From a candidate division WOR-3 bacterium (GTDB lineage Bacteria > Hydrothermota > Hydrothermia > LBFQ01): a DNA stretch of 42,019 nt. Under the pieces are notes generated by a model that saw nothing but the letters and a program-made list of their open reading frames with translations, was not told the origin of the DNA and searched no databases. Positions 1 through 9,894 of this stretch are shown here, in pieces. How positions within the stretch are numbered: position 1 is the first letter of the stretch; each line of letters begins with the position of its first letter. The DNA is taken from contig JBDRWW010000012.1 in the NCBI GenBank assembly GCA_039802605.1, positions 1 through 42,019 of the forward strand, read 5' to 3'. Position numbers and translations under genes: made by a program.

Positions 1-16
1 ATGCTATTATTACCAT
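1..16 (-). CDS. Probable 5' end of a gene running off the window edge (MVIIA...)
   Basis: Minus-strand ATG at 16-14, with TAAAAT (31-26) and TTGACA (52-47) upstream; same layout as other gene starts in the window. Confidence 0.5.
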
Positions 17-25
17 AAAAAAAGT

Positions 26-52
26 ATTTTAAGGTTAAAAAGTTTTTGTCAA
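26..52 (-). promoter_or_regulatory. Sigma70-like promoter (TTGACA-15 nt-TAAAAT)
   Basis: Perfect -35 hexamer and near-consensus -10; spacer is short (15 nt). Confidence 0.55.
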
Positions 53-116
53 GGGGTATTAGAACATTCCCTTGCCACCGATTAAAAATTTCCCAACTTT
101 AAAATATTTCGCCCTA

Positions 117-1157
117 ATGAATATCCAAATTGAAAACATAAGCAAGATGTTTGGAGATTTTGTCGCTTTGAGGAATATAAACCTTGAAATAAAAAGCGGG
201 GAATTCGTTGTAATTTTGGGACCTTCGGGATGCGGTAAAACCACATTGTTAAGAATTATAGCGGGCCTTGAAAGGCCAACATCGGGGAGGATATACTTTG
301 ACGGTAAGGATATAACCGATTTGCCTCCATCAAAGAGGGATATAGGTATGGTCTTTCAAAACTACGCCTTATACCCCCATATGACCGTTTTTGATAACCT
401 GGCCTTTCCTTTAAAAATGAGAGGTATTAATAAGGATGAGATAAAACGCAGGGTTGAAAGGGTGGCGGAAAAATTAAGGATACATGAGCATTTGTATAAA
501 AAACCCAAGCAATTGTCGGGTGGTCAGAGGCAGAGGGTTGCCCTCGGTAGGGCGATTATAAAAGAACCCAAGGTTTTCCTTTTTGATGAACCCCTATCAA
601 ACCTAGATGCAAATTTGAGGACAGAGATGAGGGCGGAAATAGGAAGGCTTCACAGGGAATTGAAGACAACGAGTATATATGTTACACACGACCAGGTTGA
701 GGCCATGAGCCTCGCAGATAGGATAGTGATTATGAATAAGGGAGAAATAGTTCAGGTGGGAACACCTTTGGAAATATACGAAAATCCTAAGAATGTTTTC
801 GTGGCGAAGTTTTTAGGTTCCCCGCCTATGAATGTAATTGAAGGTGAGTTTTTTGATGGCGGTTTTTTAACGGATGGGTTGGAAATCAAAGGGGATTTTG
901 GTTATAAGGGTAAGGGGTATTTGGGTTTTAGACCCGAGAATTTGGAAATAAACGAAAGGGGTGAAATTACCGGGAGGGTTGAACACAGGGAGATTTTTGG
1001 GGATGAAAGTATAGTATATATATCTGCCGGGAAAATGATTATGGCCGTGAAGCATTCGGATACTCCTCCCGAGGTGGGCAATAAAGTCCGCGTAAATATA
1101 AAACGGTTCTATATTTTCAACGAAAAAGGGGAGAATTTAAAAGCCATAAGTATATGA
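117..1157 (+). CDS. Sugar ABC transporter ATP-binding protein (MalK/UgpC family)
   Basis: Walker A GPSGCGKT, signature LSGGQRQR, Walker B FLFDEPLSNLD, C-terminal TOBE-like region. Start moved from TTG 72 to ATG 117, downstream of TAAAAT (100-105). Confidence 0.93.
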   Translation: MNIQIENISKMFGDFVALRNINLEIKSGEFVVILGPSGCGKTTLLRIIAGLERPTSGRIYFDGKDITDLPPSKRDIGMVFQNYALYPHMTVFDNLAFPLKMRGINKDEIKRRVERVAEKLRIHEHLYKKPKQLSGGQRQRVALGRAIIKEPKVFLFDEPLSNLDANLRTEMRAEIGRLHRELKTTSIYVTHDQVEAMSLADRIVIMNKGEIVQVGTPLEIYENPKNVFVAKFLGSPPMNVIEGEFFDGGFLTDGLEIKGDFGYKGKGYLGFRPENLEINERGEITGRVEHREIFGDESIVYISAGKMIMAVKHSDTPPEVGNKVRVNIKRFYIFNEKGENLKAISI

Positions 1158-3326
1158 TACGGTTCTTATCCCCCCGCTTAAACCCGACCAACCTTCAATA
1201 TATGCATCCTTTGAAAGTTTAACATAAGAGGGCAAAACCGCTACGGACCTTGTAATATAGGGCACCAAGGACATACCAAGGCGCACCAAGGTGGTATCCT
1301 TTATCTTATAGAACAACACGAATTTTTCAAATGGCCCTTTTAAAACATCCAAGGAATTGTCCTCAATCTTTGAGAACAAAACTTTAATTGCCGCTGGGAG
1401 TTTTGGTTCCGAACCCACTATTACCACATTGTATTTTGAGAATACCTCCTCACCTGCCAATGTATCGGGCAATATCATGGCAAAGCCGTTTGCATACATC
1501 CACCACATGTTTGCCATATAAACCGAAAAGTTTTTGGTCCAACCTTCGGATGATGAATAAACTATAACAAAGGGGGACATAAAGACCTGCCTTATAAGTA
1601 AAGGCCTTGAATAAGCATATTTTTTGAAAACCCTCCAGCCCCTGCCGGTTTTAACGAGGGCCTCTCCGTTGTAATCCCTAATAACATCCCCATCTATGAT
1701 TACGGTTCCTTTGAATTCGGTAAAAACTAAGGACTTTATATTTTCGGTTTTTATAATGGCCTCGTTCTTTTCATACTCTACGACAAATTTTGCCTTTTCA
1801 AAAGGTTTTACACTTTCTAAAATCCTTATTCCATACGCGGAATCGCTAACATCAAGGGAAAATGTGGAAAAAACCCTTTCCTTTCTATTAACCTTTAAGG
1901 AAAACAGCGACTTCCAAGCATCGGGGTAATCCAACACCCCATCCCACCAATGCTTTTTGCCCGGAACCTCAATGTATTTAAACACAACCCCAAACCTACC
2001 GAGTATATCCGCCATTAATCTACTCTGAAAGGGTGGAACATTATCGTCATCACCCCCTTGAAGTATTACTATCGGAAGATTTAATAGGTTTTCAATGAGT
2101 TTATAGGGTTCGGACTGCTGGAAAATCCTTTCCCTTAAATGCGTAAACTCGCTTTCGGGAAATAGTTTTGACCGCTGTAAATGCGTGGATATGTATAACT
2201 TTACGGATGTCCAACCGGCCATAGGCAAACATCCACTCCAAATTGAAGGGTAAGATGTACATAAATGCCATACCCCATGCCCACCCATAGAATGCCCGGT
2301 TAGGTATATTTTCTTCCCGTTTATGTTAAAGGACTTTAATGCTTCGGATAAAACTTCCAAGGCATCAACCCTTCCCCAATCTTCCCAGTCAAAACCAAAC
2401 CTCCTTCTATTTGTAGGACATACAATAAATGCCCAATCCTTGGGTTTATAAGATTTGCAATGATTTACCGCCTCAACACCCGCCCCGTGAAGGGATAATA
2501 TAAGGGCATAACTCCTGAACCTGTTGTACCTTACCGGATACCTTACCGCAAAATATTGAACGGAGTAATCCGTTGATGACAGGAATGTCCTCCTTATAAC
2601 ATCGCTCTCGTTTTTCACATCAAAGGGTATATTGTAGGTTTTATCCATAAAATTTATGGGTACAAAGACCTTCCCAATTTTCTTGGGGACTTTAAAAGAA
2701 ATCATAACCGGAACCTTTAAAATCTGAAAGGCTTCTATGTAATACCTCCTGTTATTCAATGTTATCCATATCCCCTTTGGCGTTGGATTCACAACCGGAA
2801 CCCCTACATAACCAACATAACTTTCACCAACTATGAAATCCGGTTTTGTTATATCCTCTTCAAGAATATAAGGTTTATTGGGGGCCTTCTTTATTTCAAA
2901 CTTAACCGTTTTTGAACCCCCAAGTGCTGTAACTGCCATAAAGACATCGTTTTCCCTATTTAAGGGAACCGGTACAAAGTACCCATCATCATAAATATCC
3001 ATAATATAGCGGTTTCCGTTTATCTCCACCCAAAATACATTTGAAAACCTAAGGAGATAAACCCCTTCACTATCAACCCTTATTTTGCCCTTTACATAAT
3101 AAACCGTAAAAGAGGCCGCAACTCCCTGATATTCCACCAAATTTTTCAATTCGTTCGTATCATACTCCAATGTGAAGGTGTTTTCTTCAACCCTTAAAGG
3201 TTTCCACTTTATAGGTTCTCCGGAATACACGGAATAGTATTCCTCTGAGGGTGGATACAGGAAATTAACCATAGGTTCCCTAACGCCCGCTAAGAACGGC
3301 CCTATGAAAAACAGATTCTGCAACAT
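1137..3326 (-). CDS. Alpha/beta-hydrolase (prolyl oligopeptidase/esterase-like)
   Basis: LHGAG oxyanion motif, GHSMGG nucleophile elbow, GGDDDNVP acid residue and KKHWW histidine. Confidence 0.8.
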   Translation of the reverse strand: MLQNLFFIGPFLAGVREPMVNFLYPPSEEYYSVYSGEPIKWKPLRVEENTFTLEYDTNELKNLVEYQGVAASFTVYYVKGKIRVDSEGVYLLRFSNVFWVEINGNRYIMDIYDDGYFVPVPLNRENDVFMAVTALGGSKTVKFEIKKAPNKPYILEEDITKPDFIVGESYVGYVGVPVVNPTPKGIWITLNNRRYYIEAFQILKVPVMISFKVPKKIGKVFVPINFMDKTYNIPFDVKNESDVIRRTFLSSTDYSVQYFAVRYPVRYNRFRSYALILSLHGAGVEAVNHCKSYKPKDWAFIVCPTNRRRFGFDWEDWGRVDALEVLSEALKSFNINGKKIYLTGHSMGGHGVWHLCTSYPSIWSGCLPMAGWTSVKLYISTHLQRSKLFPESEFTHLRERIFQQSEPYKLIENLLNLPIVILQGGDDDNVPPFQSRLMADILGRFGVVFKYIEVPGKKHWWDGVLDYPDAWKSLFSLKVNRKERVFSTFSLDVSDSAYGIRILESVKPFEKAKFVVEYEKNEAIIKTENIKSLVFTEFKGTVIIDGDVIRDYNGEALVKTGRGWRVFKKYAYSRPLLIRQVFMSPFVIVYSSSEGWTKNFSVYMANMWWMYANGFAMILPDTLAGEEVFSKYNVVIVGSEPKLPAAIKVLFSKIEDNSLDVLKGPFEKFVLFYKIKDTTLVRLGMSLVPYITRSVAVLPSYVKLSKDAYIEGWSGLSGGIRTVSYTYGF

Positions 3327-4183
3327 TAGAAATAAACCCTCGGCATTAGGTATTCCTTTATGTTAAACACCTCTTCGCCTTCCAAAAGCCTTTGTAAAAA
3401 CCTCTTTTTCTCCCTTTTCTCAATGAACCTGATCTTTTTAACCTTTGCCTCCTTTTTGAGGATTTCAAGGGCGTCATACCTTGTGCCCAAGGTATCAACA
3501 AGACCCCATTTTAAAGCCTCGGGAGCCGTTAGAACCCTTCCGTCCGCTATTGGTAATAAATCCTCGGGTTTCTTTCCCCTACTCTTGGCAACCCTTTCAA
3601 GGAAAACCTTCCATATATCCTTTGATAACTCCGTTAATAGTATGCTATCCTTTTCCGTCCTCTTCCTAAAAGGTTGTGTTAAATCCTTGTTCTCACCGGA
3701 CTTGTATATATCCCATTTTATTCCGAGTTTGTTGGAAAGATCTACTATATCGGGCACTATGATTATTGCCCCTATGGAACCCGTTAAAGCGGTGGGGTTT
3801 GCAACTATCTTGTCCGCCGCCGATGCTATATAATAACCCCCGGATGCCCCTATGGAATGTATGTATGCTATCACCTTTTTACCCTTTTTCTTTGCATATT
3901 GCAATGCCTGATACATCTCCTCGCTTGAAGCCGCACTACCTCCGGGGCTGTTTATATCGACAAATACGGCCTTAATCCTGTTTCCCTTATCCTTTTCAAC
4001 CGTTTCATAAACCCATTGGGCGAGTTCTGGAATCTTTTCGTCGTCTATGTTTGTATGGATTTTTACATATAACACATTACCAAAGGAAAAGTTTATGGCC
4101 ACTATCCTTACGAAAAGGAATATCAAAACCGCAAGAATAACGATAAAAACAACAAAAAGCATCCATACATCTTTACCCTTCAT
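3326..4183 (-). CDS. sppA: Signal peptide peptidase SppA (S49, short type)
   Basis: N-terminal TM helix; INSPGGS, ASGGYYIASAAD, TGSIG, KSGENKD and DGRV motifs. Confidence 0.93.
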   Translation of the reverse strand: MKGKDVWMLFVVFIVILAVLIFLFVRIVAINFSFGNVLYVKIHTNIDDEKIPELAQWVYETVEKDKGNRIKAVFVDINSPGGSAASSEEMYQALQYAKKKGKKVIAYIHSIGASGGYYIASAADKIVANPTALTGSIGAIIIVPDIVDLSNKLGIKWDIYKSGENKDLTQPFRKRTEKDSILLTELSKDIWKVFLERVAKSRGKKPEDLLPIADGRVLTAPEALKWGLVDTLGTRYDALEILKKEAKVKKIRFIEKREKKRFLQRLLEGEEVFNIKEYLMPRVYF

Positions 4184-4229
4184 TGGTGGGTATTATAAAG
4201 GGGAATTTCCCCCAATTTTCCTTAACCCC

Positions 4230-4258
4230 TTGAAGTGGAATAAAGAAGGTTTTAACAT
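4230..4258 (+). promoter_or_regulatory. Sigma70-like promoter (TTGAAG-17 nt-TAACAT), 8 nt upstream of ATG 4267
   Basis: Canonical 17-nt spacing; start codon lies where transcription would be expected to start. Confidence 0.65.
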
Positions 4259-4266
4259 ATCTGGCG

Positions 4267-6225
4267 ATGATGGGAATAGCGATAATTCTGGCGCAGGCAA
4301 AGGATATAGTTGGGAGAACCGCCCCTTTTAACGGGTGGTCCCCCGAAAGGGAAAAGGTTGCAATGGAATGGTCTTCAAGGGATGCGGGTGCAATATTAGA
4401 CTCCCTACTTTCCGTTTGGGAATCCCTTAAATCTTCTGGATATTACGACCCGGTTCTTGATAGGAAAATAAGCCTTATGCGTGATAGGTTCTTGGTCAAG
4501 GGTAATATATGGGACTTAATACTAATTGCATCTTTCTTGGAGGATGTCCAAAGGCTGATGAAAGTTAAGGTTTCCCCTTCACCCAATGCGGTCGTAAAAA
4601 TATCCCCCCCTCTAAAAACCGTTATTGAAAACTACTCTTTAAACGATGGGAATAAATGGACATCTTCCCCATTATCAAACTCGGCGGTTATGGAAAGAAA
4701 ACCTACGATTGTACAGGTGGGCGAGGCGGATACCCTATTCGCCGCATTGGAGGTTGAGAATTGCAGCGCGGTTTGCTCCGTATCGCATTCCAATTCCTGT
4801 ATCCTTGTAAAATATTCATACGATCAGGGGACCTCTTGGAACCCGGCATTTTGCATAGAAAGTCCTATGGGAAATGTCAAAAGCCCGAGTATAACATCCG
4901 ACAATTTTAGAAGGGTTATAGGGGTTGTGTATTCCTTTGAAAAATCCCCTACGAATAGCGATATAGGCCTTTATATGTTCCACGCGGGCGATTTTACAAA
5001 AAATCAATCCGTATGGGTGGATACGACATCCACAAACACCATATCCCCCTCCGCGAAATTTACCACAAATCTCGGTGAGCCTTCATGTGAAGGGCAATGG
5101 ATAGGGGATTGCCCTTGCACATCCAACGATAACAAACTGTTTATTGCGGTTAGCAAAGTAAATTCATCGGGTGATGCAATCGGAATAAGGGTTTATAGGG
5201 GTGATGTGTGCGCATCCAATATAAATGTCTTTTATGAAGGTCCAAGTAGGAAAGGTTCGGCTTATACGGGAGATAATCAACCCTTTGTTGCGGTTGGGAA
5301 TTATCCGTTAACATCATCATCCGTTTGCCCTATATCCGGAGGTGGAGAAAACACCGTACATATCGTATATGCTTGGCAAAATTCCTCAACGGAACACAGG
5401 ATTGAACATCTATATACAGACCCATCAAACGGTTGGGGAAGTGTATGGATAAGTACTACGGTATTCTCGGGGTTGTTTTACCCCATAAGCCAGCCTACCA
5501 TAGCGGTTGCGAGGACCACGGATACATCAAACATGCCGCATTTAATAACATTTGAGATTAGGTATTCCCCTTCGGATGCGGATATATACTTTGTTTATAG
5601 GGGTTCTTTATCGGGTTCTTGGTCGGTTGGCAACATAGAGAAGAGTTCCCTTGACAGTAGAACTCCCATTGTTATAAGCGACGCGGAAAACTTAGCCTGT
5701 CCCAATATAAAAACATATGTCGCGGAGAATTTCCATATAGTCTTTTATCATAAATGCGATGTCGTTAATTGGTTATGCTCTGCATCTTCATATAATTCAA
5801 CTCTTAGACCGGTTGCAATAAGGAATCCTTGGAATTTCCCGGGTATTTGGCAGCAGGAATACTGCAATGGTAATGCGGATTACACGATTATACCACCTCC
5901 TCCGGCCTTTGAAAACGGGGGTTATTGGCAGGATTGGAGGAATATATATCCCGCGGTTTATAGGAGGTCGTCTTCATCCACCACACCTTGGTGGCTTGGC
6001 GTCCTGTGGGTTTATAACGACTCGGCCACATCCCTTGACGCATACTGGACGGTTTCGGATTGCGCCCTAGGTGCCGATGATGAACTATCAACATATGAAA
6101 TCTCTGAAAAGGGTTTGGATAAACCCGTTTACTACTCCGTTGATGGTAGGAGGGTTTCAAATAAGAAGAGGGGTATATTGTTTATTAAGGAGGGCAACAG
6201 GGTTAGCAAGGTTTTAAGGAGGTAA
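4267..6225 (+). CDS. Cys-rich secreted protein with an Asp-box and a short T9SS-like C-terminal tail
   Basis: Asp-box SYDQGTSW, 14 Cys, Ser/Thr-rich beta-type body, tail YYSVDGRRV...KRGILFIK...KVLRR. Confidence 0.7.
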   Translation: MMGIAIILAQAKDIVGRTAPFNGWSPEREKVAMEWSSRDAGAILDSLLSVWESLKSSGYYDPVLDRKISLMRDRFLVKGNIWDLILIASFLEDVQRLMKVKVSPSPNAVVKISPPLKTVIENYSLNDGNKWTSSPLSNSAVMERKPTIVQVGEADTLFAALEVENCSAVCSVSHSNSCILVKYSYDQGTSWNPAFCIESPMGNVKSPSITSDNFRRVIGVVYSFEKSPTNSDIGLYMFHAGDFTKNQSVWVDTTSTNTISPSAKFTTNLGEPSCEGQWIGDCPCTSNDNKLFIAVSKVNSSGDAIGIRVYRGDVCASNINVFYEGPSRKGSAYTGDNQPFVAVGNYPLTSSSVCPISGGGENTVHIVYAWQNSSTEHRIEHLYTDPSNGWGSVWISTTVFSGLFYPISQPTIAVARTTDTSNMPHLITFEIRYSPSDADIYFVYRGSLSGSWSVGNIEKSSLDSRTPIVISDAENLACPNIKTYVAENFHIVFYHKCDVVNWLCSASSYNSTLRPVAIRNPWNFPGIWQQEYCNGNADYTIIPPPPAFENGGYWQDWRNIYPAVYRRSSSSTTPWWLGVLWVYNDSATSLDAYWTVSDCALGADDELSTYEISEKGLDKPVYYSVDGRRVSNKKRGILFIKEGNRVSKVLRR

Positions 6226-6307
6226 AAAAAGGTATGTCTTGCCCGATACAATTGCAAACATGGGCGCTCCATCATAACAAGTTTATCGGAAGTAGAATAT
6301 CCCGCCT

Positions 6308-8533
6308 ATGCATTTCCTGGTATCAATTATAAGCGCCAATGTTATAACACTCGGGGAGTTAATACCGAAGAATACACCTTGGGTTTTAACGATTAACATA
6401 TCCCTTAATTCCTCATCCTCCCCCGTGAATTATGTAAAACTCGTTTTCCCATCCGGGTATAATTTTAGTACGGTTGCACCTGATGGTTCCTTTTTGGGTT
6501 CAAGTATCACCGTATCCCCTCCAAACATTGAAATTTCGGGATTTACCATGAATCCAGGGGGTGAGGGTGGGATTTCAATACGGGATTTCTCAACCAACAA
6601 CCAAGAGAAACTGGATTCCTTTCTTCTAATACTGGCAAATTCAACCGATACGACGAGATTACGGGTAAAATTTATGGTTATAAGGGAGGATACAACCGTT
6701 CCCCTCCTGTTTTTCCACAAATCCTTAGCGGAAAGGCCCTTCCTTTTGGGTAAAAGTGTAAATGTAAGGGGCATTGTTAGCGCGGTAATAGGTTCAAAAA
6801 CATATATCCAGGATACCATAAGGGATACCCTGAGCGGAATCGTTATTTATGGGGGTATTGGGGCTTATCCCGGAGAATACATAAAGGTTTCGGGAACATT
6901 CTCCCCTTATAGAGGTCTTGAAGAGATAGTAAACCCGGTTTTAAAGAGTAGGGAGTATGTCGGTGTGCCTTCCCCTTATGTAATTGATAGGCTAACATAC
7001 GCGAGGGAGCTGCGGTCGGGTGTTTTGATAAGGATTGACAGCGTAAGGATACCGGATACATTAACATACATTCCTATATCGACAAATATCACAATAACCG
7101 ATAAATACGGGAATAGCGGAAACCTTTACATAGACAGATATACATACATTGACGGCTTTTTCCCGCCGGATACAATATTTGACCTAATAGGGGTTGTTGA
7201 TGAGGATAGTTCATCTTCCGGAAACATTTACAGGATTATACCGAGAACCACATCGGATTTAATCTTTTACTCGTCCGTTTATGTTGATAGGTTAATCCCA
7301 TTATTTGGTAAAAGGAACACGCCACAGGATTGGAAGCTCTTGCTTTATTCAATTAACACTACTGCAAAATTAAGGGTTTGTTCGGATGGTTTAAGCGCCT
7401 CGGAAGTTGCCGGTATGAAGCTCGGAAATGAAACACCGGATAGCGTATTCTCCCTTGCGGATACGGTTTGTGCCCAGTTTTGGGGTATAAGTTTAACATT
7501 TGATACCTTAAAGTTTTCAACGGAACCCAAGAATACGGATTCCGTTATGCTTTATATATTCTCAGCCCCGGATACCCTCAGGAATTTCAAGAGGTCAATA
7601 TACACCCCGAGGTTATACTTTACGATACCTATAAGCGAGATACAGGCGAGAAATCCAGGCGAGTATTCTTCAAGGTTGGAAGGGCAAACGGTTTTAACGG
7701 CTGGTGTTGTTATGGCCGAGCCTTCAAAATTCTCAACATCAAACACATCAACATATATATACGACGGCACGGGTGGGGTTAATATTTATTCATCGTCGTT
7801 TTTGGGCTTGAAGAGGGGTAACGTTGTCCTCGTTAAGGGAACGGTTACCGAGTATAGGGGGTTAACGGAAGTCGTTTTCTCGGATTTAAGAATTATAGGC
7901 GAGGATACCCTACCCCAGCCCTTAAAACTTTTACCCGGGCAACCTTTGAACGAAGATTTGGAAGGTTTCCTCGTAAGGGTTGATACCGTTGTGGTTTCAT
8001 CTTTACCATCCTACGCGGGGATAGGTAAGTCCTTTACCGTTCAAAACGGTTCTGCACCCATAACCGTTTATGTTTATCCGAATACCGGGATAGACCTTTC
8101 AAGGATTGAACCCGGAAAATTTATCTCAATAGTAGGGATAGTGGGGCAATATTCAACAACACCCCCCTATAACACGGGATACCAACTAATTCCGAGGGAT
8201 ACCCCCGATATAATATTTCTCGGTGAAAACCTGTATTCTCAAAACCTCGGCGTTGTTATAAAGAAAAATGTTTTTATACCATCGAAAGGTGAGGTCGCGC
8301 TTATAGAGGTTAATGGTCCGCAGGGAATTTACGAGGTAAAAATATACGACGATATGGGTAGGTTGGTTAAAACCTTGGCGGAGGGGAATTATTCCGGAGG
8401 TTTTTTCACATGGGATGGCAAGAACATTTCCGGTAGGGTCATGCCTCCGGGGGTTTATGTCCTATATGTTGGCGTTAGGACGGGTGAAAGGACTTTAAAA
8501 AAGGTTAAACCGATAGTTATAGGCGTGAAATGA
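6308..8533 (+). CDS. Secreted protein with repeated OB-fold modules and a C-terminal FlgD-Ig-like domain
   Basis: Two repeats of V.GxV...YIxD...G..IY...G..V.V.G...YRGLxE followed by G.L.R.D...GxV...Y.(I/L)IPR...D; tail IYDDMGRLVKTL...WDGKN.SGR.MPPGVY. Confidence 0.7.
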   Translation: MHFLVSIISANVITLGELIPKNTPWVLTINISLNSSSSPVNYVKLVFPSGYNFSTVAPDGSFLGSSITVSPPNIEISGFTMNPGGEGGISIRDFSTNNQEKLDSFLLILANSTDTTRLRVKFMVIREDTTVPLLFFHKSLAERPFLLGKSVNVRGIVSAVIGSKTYIQDTIRDTLSGIVIYGGIGAYPGEYIKVSGTFSPYRGLEEIVNPVLKSREYVGVPSPYVIDRLTYARELRSGVLIRIDSVRIPDTLTYIPISTNITITDKYGNSGNLYIDRYTYIDGFFPPDTIFDLIGVVDEDSSSSGNIYRIIPRTTSDLIFYSSVYVDRLIPLFGKRNTPQDWKLLLYSINTTAKLRVCSDGLSASEVAGMKLGNETPDSVFSLADTVCAQFWGISLTFDTLKFSTEPKNTDSVMLYIFSAPDTLRNFKRSIYTPRLYFTIPISEIQARNPGEYSSRLEGQTVLTAGVVMAEPSKFSTSNTSTYIYDGTGGVNIYSSSFLGLKRGNVVLVKGTVTEYRGLTEVVFSDLRIIGEDTLPQPLKLLPGQPLNEDLEGFLVRVDTVVVSSLPSYAGIGKSFTVQNGSAPITVYVYPNTGIDLSRIEPGKFISIVGIVGQYSTTPPYNTGYQLIPRDTPDIIFLGENLYSQNLGVVIKKNVFIPSKGEVALIEVNGPQGIYEVKIYDDMGRLVKTLAEGNYSGGFFTWDGKNISGRVMPPGVYVLYVGVRTGERTLKKVKPIVIGVK

Positions 8534-9771
8534 AGGTTGGGATATTTTCCGATACCCATTTGGGCAATACGATGTATAAAAACAACAATATACCAGAGGG
8601 TGATAGGGATTACGGTAGAAAAGACGATTATAGGGATACCTTTGAAGAGGCCGTTGAAACCTTTTTAAGGGAAAAACCGGATTATGTGTTCCACGCCGGC
8701 GATCTGTTAGAGGCGAGGGCCGAAGGGGAGATATATAACGAAAGCATAAAGGTGGCAATTGAAGGTTTAAGCAAACTTTTGAAAGCGGGCATAAATGTGG
8801 TTTTAATAGAGGGAAATCACGACTTTGTAAGATCCCACAGTGTGGAAAACAGGGCGTTTTCAATAATTGAAACCGCATTAAACGACTTTGTGGGGGAAAG
8901 ACTCTTTATAGTTCGTGCAAACTCTTATGGTATTATACAAACACCCCTTGTACCAATAGTGGCGTTCGGATACTTTTATGAGGATAACCCCTCAATTTTA
9001 AAATCCAAGTTGGAGGAATCTTCAAAAAGGATAGGAAACAAACCCGCATTCTTAATACTCCACCAAAGCGTTGGGGAAGATATACCGTATTACTCCATAA
9101 AATACTCCGACATACCCCAAAACTTTCGGGTTATCATAAACGGGCACATACACAAACCACTAATAAAAGTTTTGCCCGATAGGAGGCTTTTTATAAATGT
9201 TGGTTCTACGGAATACGAAAATATTTCCGAATCGGTTGATTATAGGGAGATTTTGTTGTACGATGGGGACGAGTTTTTGAGATTTGTTTTGAAAGGGGTA
9301 TATATTTTAGAAAACGGGTATTTATTTGTTGAGAAAAGCGGAATTACCGACGAAGGCATTATACCGAAGGAATACATAAAAAACGAATCTTTTATACCTT
9401 TAAGGAAATGTCGCCCTTTTATGAGGTTTGATTGCGATGATTGGAAAACCTTGGAGATGGCATTGGAAAAAATAAAGGATTACGGTTTAAAACCGCCGTA
9501 TTTAAGGGTTGAACTCGGTTCGGAAAATAGAAGGGAAGTTGAGGAAAAACTTACGAGGCTTTTGGATAAGGGTTATATTTATAGGTATTTCATAAAAACC
9601 AAGAGTGCTTTAATTGATGATAGGGGTAATATCCAAATCCAAAGGGGGGGAATGGAGTTTGAAGATATGGAACCTTTAAAACCCTACGCAAACCTTATAA
9701 GATCACTTAGGGGTTTGGATGAAGAGGGGTTAAAGGAAAGGTTAAGGGAATACTTTAAACTGGGGAGATAG
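8530..9771 (+). CDS. Mre11/SbcD-family DNA repair nuclease
   Basis: Metallophosphoesterase motifs SDTHLG, AGDL, GNHD, LHQ, GHIH, GSTE. Confidence 0.85.
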   Translation: MKVGIFSDTHLGNTMYKNNNIPEGDRDYGRKDDYRDTFEEAVETFLREKPDYVFHAGDLLEARAEGEIYNESIKVAIEGLSKLLKAGINVVLIEGNHDFVRSHSVENRAFSIIETALNDFVGERLFIVRANSYGIIQTPLVPIVAFGYFYEDNPSILKSKLEESSKRIGNKPAFLILHQSVGEDIPYYSIKYSDIPQNFRVIINGHIHKPLIKVLPDRRLFINVGSTEYENISESVDYREILLYDGDEFLRFVLKGVYILENGYLFVEKSGITDEGIIPKEYIKNESFIPLRKCRPFMRFDCDDWKTLEMALEKIKDYGLKPPYLRVELGSENRREVEEKLTRLLDKGYIYRYFIKTKSALIDDRGNIQIQRGGMEFEDMEPLKPYANLIRSLRGLDEEGLKERLREYFKLGR

Positions 9772-9811
9772 CCCCTTGATAAACATTACAACCTTATAAT
9801 ACCCGTTTAAC

Positions 9812-9884
9812 GGGGCGGTAGCTCAGCTGGGAGAGCGCCTGAATGGCATTCAGGAGGTCGGGGGTTCGAGTCCCCTCCGCTCCA
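9812..9884 (+). tRNA. tRNA-Ala(GGC), CCA not encoded
   Basis: Cloverleaf with GGGGCGG/CCGCTCC acceptor (G3:U70), CCTGA/TCAGG anticodon stem, GGC anticodon and TTCGAGT T-loop; TATAAT at 9795-9800. Confidence 0.97.
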
Positions 9885-9894
9885 CTTTTTTATT

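Noticed and set aside
6226..6292. Possible structured RNA or riboswitch in the intergenic region (CCGATA...TATCGG)
   Set aside because: Only short, weak complementarity and no recognisable aptamer; better explained as promoter-upstream sequence.
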